Below, in pieces: positions 27,157 to 41,600 of a stretch of DNA of 64,000 bases. Both the position numbers and the translations under genes were made by a program. The stretch covers positions 2,557,416 to 2,621,415 of the forward strand of contig OZ316897.1 in assembly GCA_973895155.1 (NCBI GenBank), written 5' to 3'. Numbering within the stretch: position 1 is the first letter of the stretch; each line of letters starts with the position of its first letter. Source of the stretch: Marsupella aquatica (taxonomy: Eukaryota > Plantae > Marchantiophyta). Below the pieces are notes generated by a model. It ran no database searches. It was given only the letters and a program-made list of their open reading frames with translations, and was not told the DNA's origin.

Positions 27157-30100
27157 CGCTGAATTCGCTCGATCGAACCTCCAAAATTGAAGCTCTCCTC
27201 CTCCTTCCCCTCTTCTCCTCGAGCAAATCAACAGTCCCCTCTTCTCACCCTCTCCCTCTTCTTCCCCTTCTGCAGTTCTACCGACCCAACCTCGTAGGGA
27301 CGGAACGACCCCCCCCGTCTAAGGAATTTCTCCAGAGAAGGACTTTGAACGGGTTCGCCCCAGATCTGCCGTTCGATTCTTCACATCCACGGTTTCTGGG
27401 GCCGTGGGCGAGGGTACAGCACGGTGGTCCCTCGCTTGGTCCGCTTTGTGGGGCCGGGCGGGAGGCGAACCGGGATGGCGGGAGGCCGACAAACAGATGA
27501 CGGGTAGACACGTCAGAGACCCGGGGATAATTGGCGGTCGATCGATTAGATATCGACGGTTGCGATGGAGGCGATGCTCGTGTGTGGGGTAGGCGGACGG
27601 GTTAGGAGGCCCACATCGCAACGTGTGGTAACGAGAATAACTAACTGCAGAGTTAGGAATACCCCATCTCATTTCATGCAGAATCATGCATTGCTTTGCT
27701 ATAAAGTTCCAGCAATGGCCCACCATGGCCAAAAGTTCCTCTATGAGCTACCCCACGTCACCGCAGCAGCGTTTCTTGTAGGGTCAAAAAATTTGTCAAT
27801 TTTCACAATGGCTGAAGAGTGTTTTAGCCATTTTTGGCAAAATTTAGCCTGGCTTTTTGTCTTGGATTAGCCTGTTCCCCACCTAAATACAGACCCCAAG
27901 CTAATTTTGACGGTCATTTCACATCTAATTTTTGCAACATTGTCTAGAGTGCAGACTCTAGACAAAGACTTCAGGGTGTGAGCAAGCTGGGGGGTGAGGC
28001 ACCTTGCGGGGAAGGGAACCATGAGCCTGAGAAAAGTTGCAAAAAAATGGCATTCAAACTAGTAGATATACTCATTGATGTGAAAGCGCATATCCTATTT
28101 TCAGGAAGTTTTAAGCATCAATCTCATCCCATTAATTCACCATGGAGTAATCTATGTCTCAAAACTCACCACCAAAACTATATCTGAAAATAGTAATAAA
28201 AAAAAAAGTTAAGAAATCACCGCAAACCATTTTTAGGGGTTAAGGTCCGTGGGTGATATAGCCTATACGGTACTTCTACTGTCAGGCAGAGGAAAACAGT
28301 GCTCAGTGCAGGGGGAGGTGTGGTTAGACGTTAGAATATTAGAACCTCTCCCGACTTTCTAAATTATTCACCTATTGTAGGTATGATGAAATACAACGTG
28401 GGTTCTGCTCTGACTTGCATTCTTGCGTGGAACATAGGTTATATTCCAAACCTCTTGGATGAGGTGTCATAGAGTGTGTTGTGTCATACAGTGTCGTATA
28501 CGCCACAGACTCTTTTAATATTGTCTTAATTTATACTGAAAAAAAATACATAGTTGAAGATTGTCCAGCTTGCAAGCCAAATGCCAATTGCATGGCTTGC
28601 TCCTGGAGGGTTCCTCTGATTTCTAAAGGCCCATCAACATTGCATGTAAGATTTTATGCTCGTTTATATCCAATTCAGGTTCAAACTCCAGTTCTTCCTG
28701 CAGGAAGTTTTGCATGGCCTTTACAATATCTACTTTGATGATTGCTCCTTAATTCCCAAGCCGCTTTGATGACTACTCCTTTTTGGTTTGCTGTTTTGTT
28801 TTATGAAGACTCGTGGCAGTTTGTTACTTCATAACTTCATCCCTTAGATGGACCTTGATTAAGAAATAGGCCGAAAAGGGGTCATTCTGCCCTAAGAAAT
28901 GCCCAGCAATGTTGAGCATTGTTTGGGCAAACTTGTGGCTATGTTGAGTAATATTCAAACTGTAATTTCCCATTGCCTTGGTTGTGTATTAGAAACTTGT
29001 TATCCCACACACCAAAAACCAAAACAGAATCCCGTGTTGCCAACTGTGTACTCAATTGTTCAATTTGTTTTTTGTTTTTCTTACTATCTCTAAAGGTCCT
29101 AATATCCTGCTTTTACGTCCCAAGAGTAAGGTAAGAGCACTCCCACCAGTGGAGAGAATGGCAGGACCAGGCCACAGGTTCAACTTTTTAACCCCATTGT
29201 GCCCTAGTCTCTACACCCATAGCATTTTTCCCTTGCAAGGGAAGCACTACTGCACTCCACAAGGTAGAGGAGCACAGCCCACCAAGACCAAATAATCCCC
29301 TCTCATCACTTCTGATCAAACCTCTGCTCTGGCAAGTGTATGTGGTGCACTCACTGCTGGCAGTTTTTGGTGGATGTGAAAGGCAGGACAGATGGGAAAC
29401 TGGTTGGTTGCTTTATAACCCTAGATGCACAGGCACCTCAGTGACTTACAAAACTCCTTGATGGAGGGGCTGTTTGGTGTGCATGGTAAGAGTCGTCTGT
29501 AGAGGGTTTAGGTCACTGTTTGACCTTCTACATGATTGTTGAGACCCAGAATTGGCAGATAAAGAAGGACTACTGAAAATTTGCTGATAAAGGACTGAGC
29601 TTTATGACAAAGTTGGTCCCTGCACAAAGAACACCATTGACGTGGCCGTTGTATTTTGATTAGTAGGTTGAAACACATGAATAATAGTTCATCTCTTTAA
29701 GTGGCTTGCCCTTCTCCAACCCAAAAAATGTAAGGGATCTCGAAGCTTTGAAATTAGGGATGATGGCTTTTGGTCATAAAGTAATGGTCGTAACCTTTTC
29801 ACAAGGTTATGCAAAAAAAAAATTCAAATCTTCGTCACTACAGTGACTAATAGTAATGGCATACACCCAATGCAAAAAGTTTCATACTGTGAATTTGGTA
29901 GTCCGTAATGTTTTGTGTTTGCAAACCATAACTACGGAGCTAGCCATAACTACAGAGCTAAGGTCCATCTAATTCTGAGCTTTGAGACACCACATTGTTA
30001 TCGCATCTTTTGTCCAACAACATAGCGAAGATATTCATTCAGCATAGCTGCATATCCTACACTTTGTCTTGAAACACCCACCCAGACCTTTGATTTCATG

Positions 30101-31623
30101 TCTCCAAGGTGAAACCCTCAGATCTTCAATTCCAGATGTTTCCTTTGTCTCCAAGTTGAAACCCTCAGATCTCCAATTCCAGATGTTTCCTTTGGCGAGT
30201 TGCCCTTTCATTGTATGCTGTTGTACTGCATGTAATTTCGAGTAAACTTTCAATATGAAGAGCAAGAAAAACAAAGAACAAAGAGCAATTATCGTGATTG
30301 TTGACAACCACAAGGGGAATTGGACCAACCAAGACCGCAACAGAACATGCCATATCAACAACTACACGAAACCCAACGTCTGGACCCCAAAGACAGGAAG
30401 ATACACTCTTAGAAACCCACGGTACGGGAGGGAAGGCTTAGATCCACAACTGCGGAGCAAATTTAGTTCAAAAGCTCACATAGGTATGACTGGAATTGAA
30501 GGTTTAAAGCACAGCGTCAAGCTAGAAGAAAAGTCCATACTCAAAACTTTAATTTGATGTACACTGTGAACATTGAATGTTTGAAATAAATTGAATGGAC
30601 TTTTAATCTGATCTAGAGCTATTGAATGAATTGATATGAGTCGACCTAACTTAAATCTGTAGACCCCTTTTGCTGACGGTAGCTTTCACCTTCAATGATT
30701 CCATACCAGGAACGTCACTCTTCTCCAGTCATTGGCAAGAACTTCTGCGTATTCTTTGTCATGGGCCTTGTCCACAAGATTTTAGTCACCATCAATCCGA
30801 ATCTATATAACTCCGTCCAATCGGCAAAGGCACTCATCCTTCACCACGGAGCATGGCCAGTTGAGTTGTGTCCGCTATCCTGCTTCACATATAATGATCT
30901 GAAATTGACGACTAAACTGTCGAGGCCTTCTATCTAGCTCTTAATTGATCCTGCTTCAACTGTAACAACCTCAGATTGACGGCTGAACTGTCAGGACATC
31001 CTATCTCGGCCTTCACCGTTCCAACCATGATCGTTTAGAGCCATCGAAAGAAAAGAATTTTTTTGATTCGTCGTGAATCTTCTACAATAATCTGAATGAA
31101 TAGAAGTGTTTAGCATTTCGAGAGAAAAACTATGATTTCTCCCAGCATGACCAGAGCTTGTCTCGAGATCCTGGATCGTGTGTCGGTCTCTGAATTGACG
31201 GTCGAACGTCAGCAGGGGAGGTCTCAACCTCCTAGCTCCTATTGATCTTTCTACCCAAGGGTGGTGCTATTTACAAAGGGAAAAATCTTTGTCGTCGGTT
31301 TTTAATGGAGTTTCTCTCCAGATGTGAGTTAAGACACCTGATTCTGTGATTTACAAATCAACTTTTGCGATCTCACAGCATCATGAAGTGGTCAGAAATT
31401 GCTAGGCAATTTTTGTGATTTCTGATCTGTTGCGTCTACTCGTTTTTTTCCCTCCAAGCTCAACAAGGCTGCCACGAGAACGCTAACCTTTAGGAGGAGA
31501 TGTAATACAAAGAACCGTCTCACGGCCTTATTTACCTCCACCTGTGGTGTTGCGAGATGCAGGTCTCCTTTGAGGCAGTGAAGGTGCCTCCAAGTTTGCA
31601 AAAGACTTCCAGAGTCATGAGCG

Positions 31624-34600
31624 CTACGAGAGCTTGCATCCCAAAGAAGATTTGGGGAAGTTGCGATCTCCCAGCTTGATTTCCTCCTCCAGCACAGGAA
31701 GCACTTCGTCATCTCGTCCCAGGACTATATTCACGTGCCCCTTCCCCGGTACAGGATCCAAGACAACGTTGTCAAAGTGCTGGGTCATCAACACACTCTG
31801 CTTGAACGGGCAGGATGTGTCCTCTGTTCCGTGGATGACGAACACGCGCATGCCTCTATCTCGAAGCTTGCGCAGAGCCGGAACCAAAGCATGACTGCCT
31901 CCGATCATAGTGTTGTGTACTATGTGCCATGCTGCATCGTGCGTCACTGTCAGGTAGTCCCGAACAAACGACCTCGGCCATCTGCATTCATCGTCCACCA
32001 CCGTTTCAACCTTAATGATTCTCCCCACCATAAGGTCCAGAAAGTAATAAATTCAATAGAATGATGCGGTGAGCCTACGTTTTGAAAACTTATATTTGCC
32101 CAAGTAGCTTCCTGCCAATGTTCCGTTGCACAGTTCCAGACATGCAAGGGAACTAATTCTCATGCCCACCCACTCCACCCAGGGGACCAAAGGTTGAGAG
32201 GACGAGACGGAGTGGTTGAGATTCATAGTCTTCGGGAACTAACCTGTTCTGAAGAAGGCGCTGAAATATTGGCACTAGAAGCCGATGGCGTGAAAAGAGG
32301 AGATGACCAAAGCAACGGTTGATGTTGTAGTACTCCGATGCGGTTAACGATCTTATTGCTCTCATCTAAAACATGCAATTGCACGATAAGAATTTCCGTC
32401 AGTTACATTCCGTGTCACTCCACTATTATAATCAGTCATAAGAAGTTGGATGACACTGCTAAATTCCAAAAATGTAAACCAGCTGTGCGAGAGTTGACGA
32501 ATCATCTAACCCTCTGTCCCTTTCTCTCTTCCATCACCTGCCGATCAAGATATCATTCATATATATTCCCTCTCCTGTCAGATAACTCAACCCTGATCTT
32601 CCCAATTTTCTCCACTGTTACGGAATGGAGAAAAACTTCACAGCACTATGAGACCCCAATCGTAAACTGTGATAGGATTATTTGAAGCTTGGTTTTCACT
32701 CTTCTGGAGTCCTGTTTTCCAATTTGTGGTTCACTTTATGCCCACAAATTTAATTTTACGTTGTCCTCCTGTTGATGTCCTTTAGTTGCGCTTGTTCCTT
32801 ACTACTCTTTCCTTTCCAATACCACATCCTTGTCAATTCATTAAGCGCAACCCATTATGAGTTACCAACATTCAGCTACTCCGCAACTATTTCCAAGGGC
32901 AACATTCGTCAGGCCTTCTTTGGCGATGAAGATTTAAGACGAAAGCCTTGATTCAAGTACTACTGAGAGATAGGTAAGCTCGGTAGAACTCTACGCAACT
33001 ATAGTAATGGAGCTACAATGCACGCACGAACATTCGAATAAATATGCATGAATAACTGCGTTACGTGAGCCTCAAAATCTTAGAGTTCAGTAGAAACCAC
33101 TCCAAGAAATCATTCTGTAGTCTTGAATACACATTGTTTTCTGTGAAATCATTCATTTCAATAAATCAGTACAAAGGTAAGAACGCAATTGACTGCAAAA
33201 ATTTCTGAAGGAACTTACCGACCACGGATCCTGCCAAGCCAAGATGGAGTTGCAATCCGTGAGAATTTCGTCACCTCCTTTCCGTTTGGGATCAGTGTAT
33301 CCGGCGTACACGGGAGCAATTAGAGTAAGAGAGCGGACCCGATGAGGATAACGAGCAGCGAGAGCGAGAGCAGGAACAGTTCCCATAGAATGTGCCACAA
33401 TATGGTACGATTCAAGTGCATGCTTCCTCAGCAGGGAGTTCTCCAACGCATCCACCTGGTCGCTCAGCGTGTACACACTGTCATGCGGCCTGGGGCTTTT
33501 GCCACATCCGAGCAGGTCGGGTGCTAAGATCACATGCCTTGCTTTGATCTCGCCGTCTAGCATAGGAATGACATTGCTGTCGAACCAAAAATCGGAGCTG
33601 CTGAAGATCCCGTGAAGAAATATCACTCCTGTCGTCTCCCTTTCTCTCTTCTCAGTTCCCGCGGAATTGACACAACTTCGCCGAAGCGATTTGGCGTCCG
33701 TCAAAAAATTCCTATTCGAGTGCCCTGCATCGCCTCCTACTGTGCTGGAGGTTGACCTTCCAGAGGATCGTAGATTTCGACCGTCCACTTTTGGCTCTCT
33801 TGACTGTGAATCTTTCGAAAGTCCCCATTCAAATTCGCTGGGAGACTTTATCGTGTCTCGACTGTGCTCGACATCGGAACTATTATTACTAGTGTCCCAT
33901 TTTTGCACATGCAATCTGGTTCTAGCTTTGCTCATAGGCATCCAAAGCTTCCTGCAGTCAGGGCACTGGCACTCTGACCACCTCACCTTCACGTCGTGGG
34001 AAGCGCTGCTGCCGACATTATTGTATTCATCATCATTGTCATCATCATCATGAACGGGGAGTTCTTGCAGAGTGTCGTGCCGTAAAAATTGCTCATCGTC
34101 CAGAGGTTGTTCTTCCACCTGCCAGCCCCAGCATGTACATCCTTCGCTGCAGTTCCGGGCGTTCTTCCGCTCTGCAATAATCCCCGCTCGCCGAGGTTTC
34201 GATATTTTCGGCTGATTGCCGCGAGGAGCAGGGGAACCTTCGATCGGTAGCTTATCGAGGTCCTGATGATTGTCATTCGAGTTAAAACTAGGCAATAAAT
34301 CAATGCCCTCCACGCCAAAATCGTTCGACGATCTAGGAGTTGACGAGGAGGATGCCGAAGTCGAAGTCGAGGAAGACGATGAGGAGAAAGAGGAGAAAGA
34401 GGAGGACGAAGAGGAAAAGGAGGAAGGCAAATTCTCCGTGAGTAAGATGTCCTTAGCTTTGCTGGCTTCTATTCCTTCGAAGCCAAGATCAAGGATGAAG
34501 TAAATAGCGCCCAAGGATTTGTCCACCAGCCGAAGGGATCCGAGGAGGAGCTTATCCAGTACCTTCTTCACGAGAAACCTGCAATGAGCGCCTGCGAGCA

Positions 34601-34703
34601 CCCGGAGCTGAAACCGCTCCATCGATTTCGTCGTAACTTGTCTAAAATATCTCTTTACCGGCCTGCACTCCATCTCTCGCAACATTAACAATAGCTCCTC
34701 CAT
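31624..34703 (-). CDS. BODYGUARD-like alpha/beta hydrolase (cuticle-associated family), about 654 aa
   Basis: Exons 34703-33219, 32365-32244 and 31981-31624. Motifs RWSECQCPDC, VIFLHGIFSSS, PDLLGCGKSPRP, nucleophile VAHSMG, THDAAWHIVHN, IHGTED and GHVNIV. Confidence 0.9.
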
Positions 34704-36649
34704 ACAAATCTACGTTATAAAAGAACTTGCATTTAATCCCTACAGACTGTACTCCTTCTTTCTCTCTGAACTGTCCACCACTACCGGAATGTTACCGAGT
34801 TCCAATCTGCTCTATCGGAACGATGAACAATTGAAAACCACTCTTATTCCGATGTGAGGATGACATAATTATATATCACGTACAGATTCTCAATTATGCT
34901 CGATTATATATGCTGCACCATAATCAAGTTTGCAACGCATGCTTCGCGCTCTCTCTAAGGCCTAAATCAAGCAGTTTTGAATGTCATCGTTCGTGCCTTC
35001 TAAAAAAACTCACCATTTTCAAATGATGTTGGGGTTGGGGTCCATTCATATCCTCCTTATTCGTGATTCATCGACGACAAACTTTCTAGAACCGAACTAC
35101 TAACAGACGCGTGTTGGCATGCGAATAGCGTTTGCTGGCAATCTAACGCGAACTTAGATTCACCTACACGTGCCAGTCTGGTGCAACTCCTCAACGTAGA
35201 AAATAGCTGCGGATTGCGGTTTTGACACATTACCTGGCAACAATCACTCAAAATTCTAGTTTGGCAGTACACTCAACTTACGAATTCACCGATCCGGACG
35301 CCACTCAATCGACATCGATAGACGGTAGAGCCAGAAGATTGGCAATATATTTCTGCGGGACAATCATCCATACCGTAAAGTGGTACACGAGTAGCATTCT
35401 GTCGTAGTGTCGTGCCAGTACGAAGCAGCAGTCGCTCACGAAAGGTAGCCAACACCATGCAAAGAATGTTTCGTTCGAGAGTCGACCAGAGTATCTACAA
35501 TTTATAAGTGACTTCACAATCGCTCATGAGAAGCGATCGGATTGCCGTGCAATAATTATGCTTCAGGTGTGTACCAGTATGCTTAGCCTGTCCCGCAGAC
35601 GGCATTATTCCGGCCCCGTAGTTCGCGCACGTGTTTCGGAAAGTAAACGACAAACAACTGCACAGGCCCTAAGAGAATTGTTTTTGTTTGTTTTATTAAA
35701 ATGTGACATACATAGACCACCAACAAAAGTCACGTGCGTTGAGAAAACAAACAAAACAAAAGTCATGTAATTGTGCTGACCGAGGGAGGGATTGTAAATT
35801 GAAAAAACCGTAGCTCAGTAGTCCCGTAGTAGAGGAAGCCTCGAATGGCGCAATCGTGCATTAAGTCTTCCATTGATAATTTGATGTAACAGCCGATTGT
35901 TTTAAATTGTCCTTCAAATCATTCATTCAGGTGATATATTTTCACATTATCGGCATTGGTATGTTTCCTCGAGCAGCCGCGATTCTTTCGTATTTCGAGC
36001 AGCATGAGCTGGAAATCAGACGCGAATGTGGTGTACCAGAAATAAGAATAAAGATGGCGACGTGTGAGCTGACGAACGCCGCCAGCAAAGAAACAAACAT
36101 TTCCGCTCGTTAAAGTTCCCACAGGAAATCGATTGTCTTAAGACTCTGTTATGACAACAGTAAAATTTAGAAACGGATTGACCGACGCTTACTTAGCACA
36201 TGTCCACTCACATGCTCCACACATTAAATCCCGAGATCCAGAAGCAGAACGAGAAACGTTTACACCTGGCCACTTACAGAAGATTGCATCTGGAATTGGC
36301 GACGAAAAGTTAATGGTGGGAACATTGTAGCCTTTGCATGGAGGTGTGATGTGTCTCGTGAGCAAGGCACAAGCTCCGTCGAGCAACTTTGTGGGCGCCT
36401 TCTGATTCTGGCGGAGACTTGAAATCTTGGAGCATGTCCCTCCACTACCAACTGAAATTCCCACACGTGGTGACATGAAGCTCAAAAAATCGAAGGCACG
36501 CGAGCTCAGAGATGTTGCTATGGTGGTGGTGGCCATACCTTTGCTGTGGAGGTCAATTGAGATGGCCACGATGACATTGGACCGCACGACATGTGTGGGC
36601 TCGATCAGTTTTCTATGACTGTCATGACACCCTGCTCTACTGTAACATT

Positions 36650-37270
36650 GTGACTGCTTTGCGTGGCGGTAACCAGAGGTGACATGTAAACAGTATGGCG
36701 TGACTACCTGGCTATGTTGTTACACTAAGGGCGGAAGGCACAAATTGTCAGTGTTCACCCATTGCAAAGGGAGGTCCATTAGGGCATCTTAATTAAGCCT
36801 CTTGGTTTCCTCGAGTCATGGTCACACAGATTTTCCCAGAAGTAACATGGCAGACTCGCAAATATATGGTCAATGTTACAACTAGTGAAATTTAAAACTC
36901 TTAAACATTGAGGCATGACTACCTGGGGGTCGTTACAAGAACTTGGGGCACAAATAGTCATTGTTCACCCATTGCATGTGAGGTCCTTTGCATACACTAA
37001 AGTTAAAATGCCTCAGCCAAAATGTGTATGGTAAGTTAAAGTGCGCCAAAATGTGGATGGTCAGGAGCAAAGAGTCTTTGCATGGTGACTGCTCGTGTGG
37101 TGGTAACCAGGAGTGACATGTAAACAGTGTGGCATCGCCACCTGGCTTTGTTGTTACAGTAAGGGGGCTTTACAGGAAATTGGGCACAATCTTCACGGTT
37201 CACCCATTGCAAATATGTGTCCGTTGCATACACTTAAGGTTAAAATGCCTTAGTCAAAATGTGTGGTCAG
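36650..37270. repeat. Degenerate local duplications
   Basis: GTGACTGCT...GGTAACCAG..GTGACATGTAAACAGT...GTTGTTACA.TAAGGGG occurs at about 36650 and 37085, and GTTCACCCATTGCA occurs three times. Confidence 0.75.
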
Positions 37271-37386
37271 AAAAAAAAAATTGCAAGATCCTCAATTGCT
37301 AAGCCGTCCATATTTTTAGACCCTCAAGAGGTGGTCTAAGGTTGAGAAATAGCATGGCCATGTCAGCAACAGTGGGCCCACTGACA

Positions 37387-37951
37387 TGTGCTATATGGTG
37401 AATGCACATTTCAGATTTTGTCTTATTCAGATTTTTTTGTGAATGCACATTTCAGATTTTGTCTTATTAAGATTTTTGTGACATGTATTTTCATTTCAAT
37501 TTACCTTATCAAGGGGTAGTCTTTGTATTCTATACATTTTTAATTAATTTTTAGACCCCTTTAGTTTTAGGTATTCTAGAGTGTTTTGAACTTGTTTTGG
37601 CAGCCCCCTTTCACAGTATGTGTTTTCTTAGAGATGAAATCAAAGGCTCCAACACCACGAGTGAGAGAAATGATGCTGAAGAATATGAATGCATAGTCTC
37701 TTAAGTTCTACTCATGTTTTTTTTTCCTAAGTTTATGGTTTTTATTGAAAGGAGTGTCATTCATAAAGCACCCTGAGTTAAGTGCACACATCGTAGCATC
37801 GTTTGACTGTATCTTTTCTTGGTCAGTGTGCTTTTCTTGGTAGACACTTTACTTATATAATAGCACTTCTATGCTCTCATATTTTATTTACTTTCAGATC
37901 ACTACAAGACAAAAAATAAAACATGTTCCAGGATAAGCATGCTATATAGCA
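37387..37951. mobile_element. ~560-bp non-autonomous AT-rich element, copy 1 (copy 2 at 43541-44069)
   Basis: Shares GCTATATGGTGAATGCAC.TTTCAGATTTTGTCTT... and ...TACAAGACAAAA...AACATGTT.CAGGAT.AGCATGCTATA with copy 2. It is flanked by the 19-bp direct repeat AACAGTGGGCCCACTGACA. Confidence 0.75.
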
Positions 37952-38634
37952 AACAGTGGGCCCACTGACAGGTGATTGGGATTTTGATGGTTTTGCTGTC
38001 CACAATTTCATGTAAAGCCATGGGATTCCCACACTTGAATGGCTACAATTGCATCAATAAAAAGGAAAAACCTGGAGTTCTTGTAAAGGCCCCCAAACTT
38101 GTCGCTGATCATGTTGTTACTGGATTGCCAAAATAACCTTACTTTATATCACCCAGAGCCTTCCACCAAGAATTTGGTACTTCTGCTGAGATCAATCATC
38201 TTGCTCAGTCATCCCTCCTGTTGCTCTTTTCTTAACTAAGTGACCACTGAATTAGGGCTGAAGATTGGCCATGGAGGCTGTGCAGCTACATGCTAAGACT
38301 TTGTATTTTAAAAAAGTGAAAAGGTTATGCCTGTGATATTTACTACCACGGTCAACTCTCAGGGTCAACTACGTTCCTTCCAGAGAAACCGTTGTGGGGA
38401 GCCTGGTAAATTTCTCCTATGAGATTACTCTGTGTTAGTGAGACCAAATCCAGAATACACATAAGAGGGGGAGGAAAAGAAGAGAAGGGAACACAATTGA
38501 ATCAGTCGATCTTCCCACCATTTGAACAAACAGGGCGACAGTCCAACTCCGTTACACAAGGCTTGTTTTTCGAGATACCTTTGCCAACAGCATTGCATTG
38601 AAGCAAAGTTTTGATCCCCTACTGTACGTCCGCC

Positions 38635-41600
38635 ATGGAAATCATGAACAGGGTTGGATTCCTCAAACAGGAGGACGGGGTAATTCCTTCCTTACCCGCT
38701 AATGACTTCTGGATGGCCAGAGCGCATTGACTGGTTTACAGTCGACCATATGAAGCACTTACAATTTGCAAGCTTTGTCCACAACTACTCTAAGAGTGCA
38801 TTAAGAATTGCTTTAAGAATTGCTCTCTGTGGGTCTTCTTTCAGGTCCTTCTCAACAGTATGGAGGCAGAGTATATGGTGGAGACCCTCTCTAGGATGCC
38901 TATCGAACAGGTGAACAACTATCCTTCCCATCAGTAAGCTAAAAAATTAGTTATAAACGAACATTTAAAATGCACGTACTTGCAAGTTTACAAATTATAT
39001 TGATAGTCGCTTGTAGAAACTAAATAGTCTCATACACAGGGAGAAGTATTTTGTACCTCACGTCAACCACATGAACTCAGTCTCTTTCTGCCAGAGACTC
39101 TCCTTCTGAAAGAAGAAGAGGAGGCTGTTTATACTATTCAGAGCAAGAGTGGCTTGCAACAAATGAACAACCTCAAATCTCTAATGAAATTAAACTGAAA
39201 GCCCTCATTTTTGTCAAGTTATGATGCAACTCAGGGACAATTGTCACAAAACAAAGTAGGTTGTGAAGTCTACAATTGCAATGAGAGCCATTGGTATTGC
39301 TGTCTGTGATTAAAGTAAAATAGCTTGACCTCAATGATTAGGTTGGCAGCACACGATGGATGAAACAACACGAGAACCTAGAGAAGTTAAATCTCCAGGT
39401 AAGGTTTTCCCTTCAATTAAAGTCATCAAACTGAAATTCTGTATTATTCACTCTCAAAAGATTGATCTTTACCGAAGGGATACCTAACCAGGAGTCAAGT
39501 AAAATCATGTGAATTAAGATCTAGCGCAGTTTAAGAGTATGAGAGCTGTGGATTTTATCATCACCAACATTACCAAGCAAAATGTTGAGATTGCAGTTAC
39601 AATGTCATCTCTGTGTATTTACTAATACTGATGGCGTCAATATTTTGTAGGCTCACTATAATACAATGGCTCACTGCGATGAGTTTGTAGTAGCTGTAAG
39701 TAATCTTTGCTTCCATTCAAAAAATAAATTCAATTGTATTTTGGATTAGAAGATTTCAACAAACTCCAACTTGCTGGCAAATTGAGCTTGTGCTTGGAAA
39801 TGAGTAAATGAATTTGCATCGGAGGCATCATGAGCATGATTTGAGCACTTGGAAGCAACACACTTCTTCAATCTCTAAGACTATATCAGACTGATGCATG
39901 ACATTCATTCCAATAGTTCTCCAAAGCTTATGACGCATGTGGCTAAGTTTGAAATGACATAAAAAGATCCATTCATAACATGAGTCTTTTGGATACACAG
40001 GCCCTCATTTCTCATGACAAGATGGAAGTTTTAGTTCATGAACTTCTAGTTATTGAGTTGAGTGTTTCCCACACAAGTCCTACTATATTAACGTCCTTGT
40101 CATTTGCTTCAAAACGTCAAATGCTATGTCACATCAGTAGGTCAAATACCTTCCTTGCTTTGGAATTTTTTGCATAACCAAATTGTGCCTCCTAATATGT
40201 GTCACTCTTTGTTTAATGCCACACACCTTCAATCGACCATATAACTTTCCTTCTCGTTGCCATGTACAGTTACCCTCCTTTTAGTTATTTATAGAATGAC
40301 AATAACCCTCAGAGTCTTTCAAGAGAAGAAAGTTGTCTCCCTTAATTCAGTTCTACACAATTGTCTAGGATCCAATAAGATGATTCATAAACATGTATAT
40401 GGTTAAGTCAATTTGAATTTTGATCCAATTAGATAAAAGAAACAAATATTTTGCCAAGTTGACCATGTGGTATATAGGATCCAGTAAGTAGACTAGTTGC
40501 TTCAGAAGGCTGCAACTAAGGTCTTTAAGGAAAACCAGAGTAGCTTTAAGGGGCTTTAGTTGGTTAACCCGTCTTTCTTAGCGTTATGGGATCACCAGGA
40601 TTGAAACAGCTTAACCTGTGACAAACCTTTCAGATATGGACGGAGAACATTTTTCCACACATCCTCCGAGCCCTTACTCTAGAGTCTTCCACAATAACCC
40701 TGAGTCTCATCCTTTACCAAGAGACAACAATTATCAACTTACTTGAGGTATATGAAAGCACATGTCCTTTCTGACTAGGTCTCTCGTGTACTTCCAATGA
40801 TATCATAACTAAGGCTTGCATACTTCTAGCAAGCAAAGTTTACAAAATAATTGGAAACTGTTAATGAAACGCCAACTACAATATAGCAGCACTCTATGTT
40901 GCTGCAACAGACTCAGCTTGAGTCTTACAAATGCAGTCATGGTTCTTGACTTCAATAAATATTTTGGTGCAAAAGAGGCAAACATGTTGTTCACTGGGCA
41001 GTACTAAGGAGCAGATAATTAGGTACACAGTACAAGTACAAACAACCCAAGTTTTTTAGGTGATTTTCAAAAGCATATTGAAAGCTCATTGTGTTGGAGT
41101 GGAGGATACTTCAATTTGTATTGCTCAGTATGTCCATTATTTTGTCTTGTTGTTCCTTCCATAGGTAATTTTGTTCCACCGTGAGGCCTGTGAAGCATTA
41201 GGATCTGATGCTTTACTAGAGGTGAGCTGAGAGTATACTTGACGACTTACCCCAGCACTCTATTGACATTCGTTCTTGCTAGCCCATCGATACGTACTAT
41301 ATGGAATGTTGTAGTGTTTGTTAAGTTTCTTCTATCCATGATGAGTGGACTGGCAGTGGAAACCTTAATGTGACCTGTCTCTAAGTGAACACTTTAATTT
41401 TCACTAAGAAGCTCAAGCTCTTATGATGAATGTGACTTGGAAGGATCCTCAAAAAAATTCCTTGTGTGTTTGGGTGGAAGTACCTAAAATCTACTGCAGA
41501 TGAAAATTTTGCTCGGCATAAGAATAGTACTCTTTCCTGAGTTTTTTTATTTTTAGTTTCCCAGGTACTTGATTTTAATTGACATGCACTCTTACTGCTC

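Noticed and set aside
33667-34503. Plus-strand ORFs including an acidic E/D-rich peptide
   Set aside because: These are antisense readings of the Ser-rich tract in the BODYGUARD-like exon 1.
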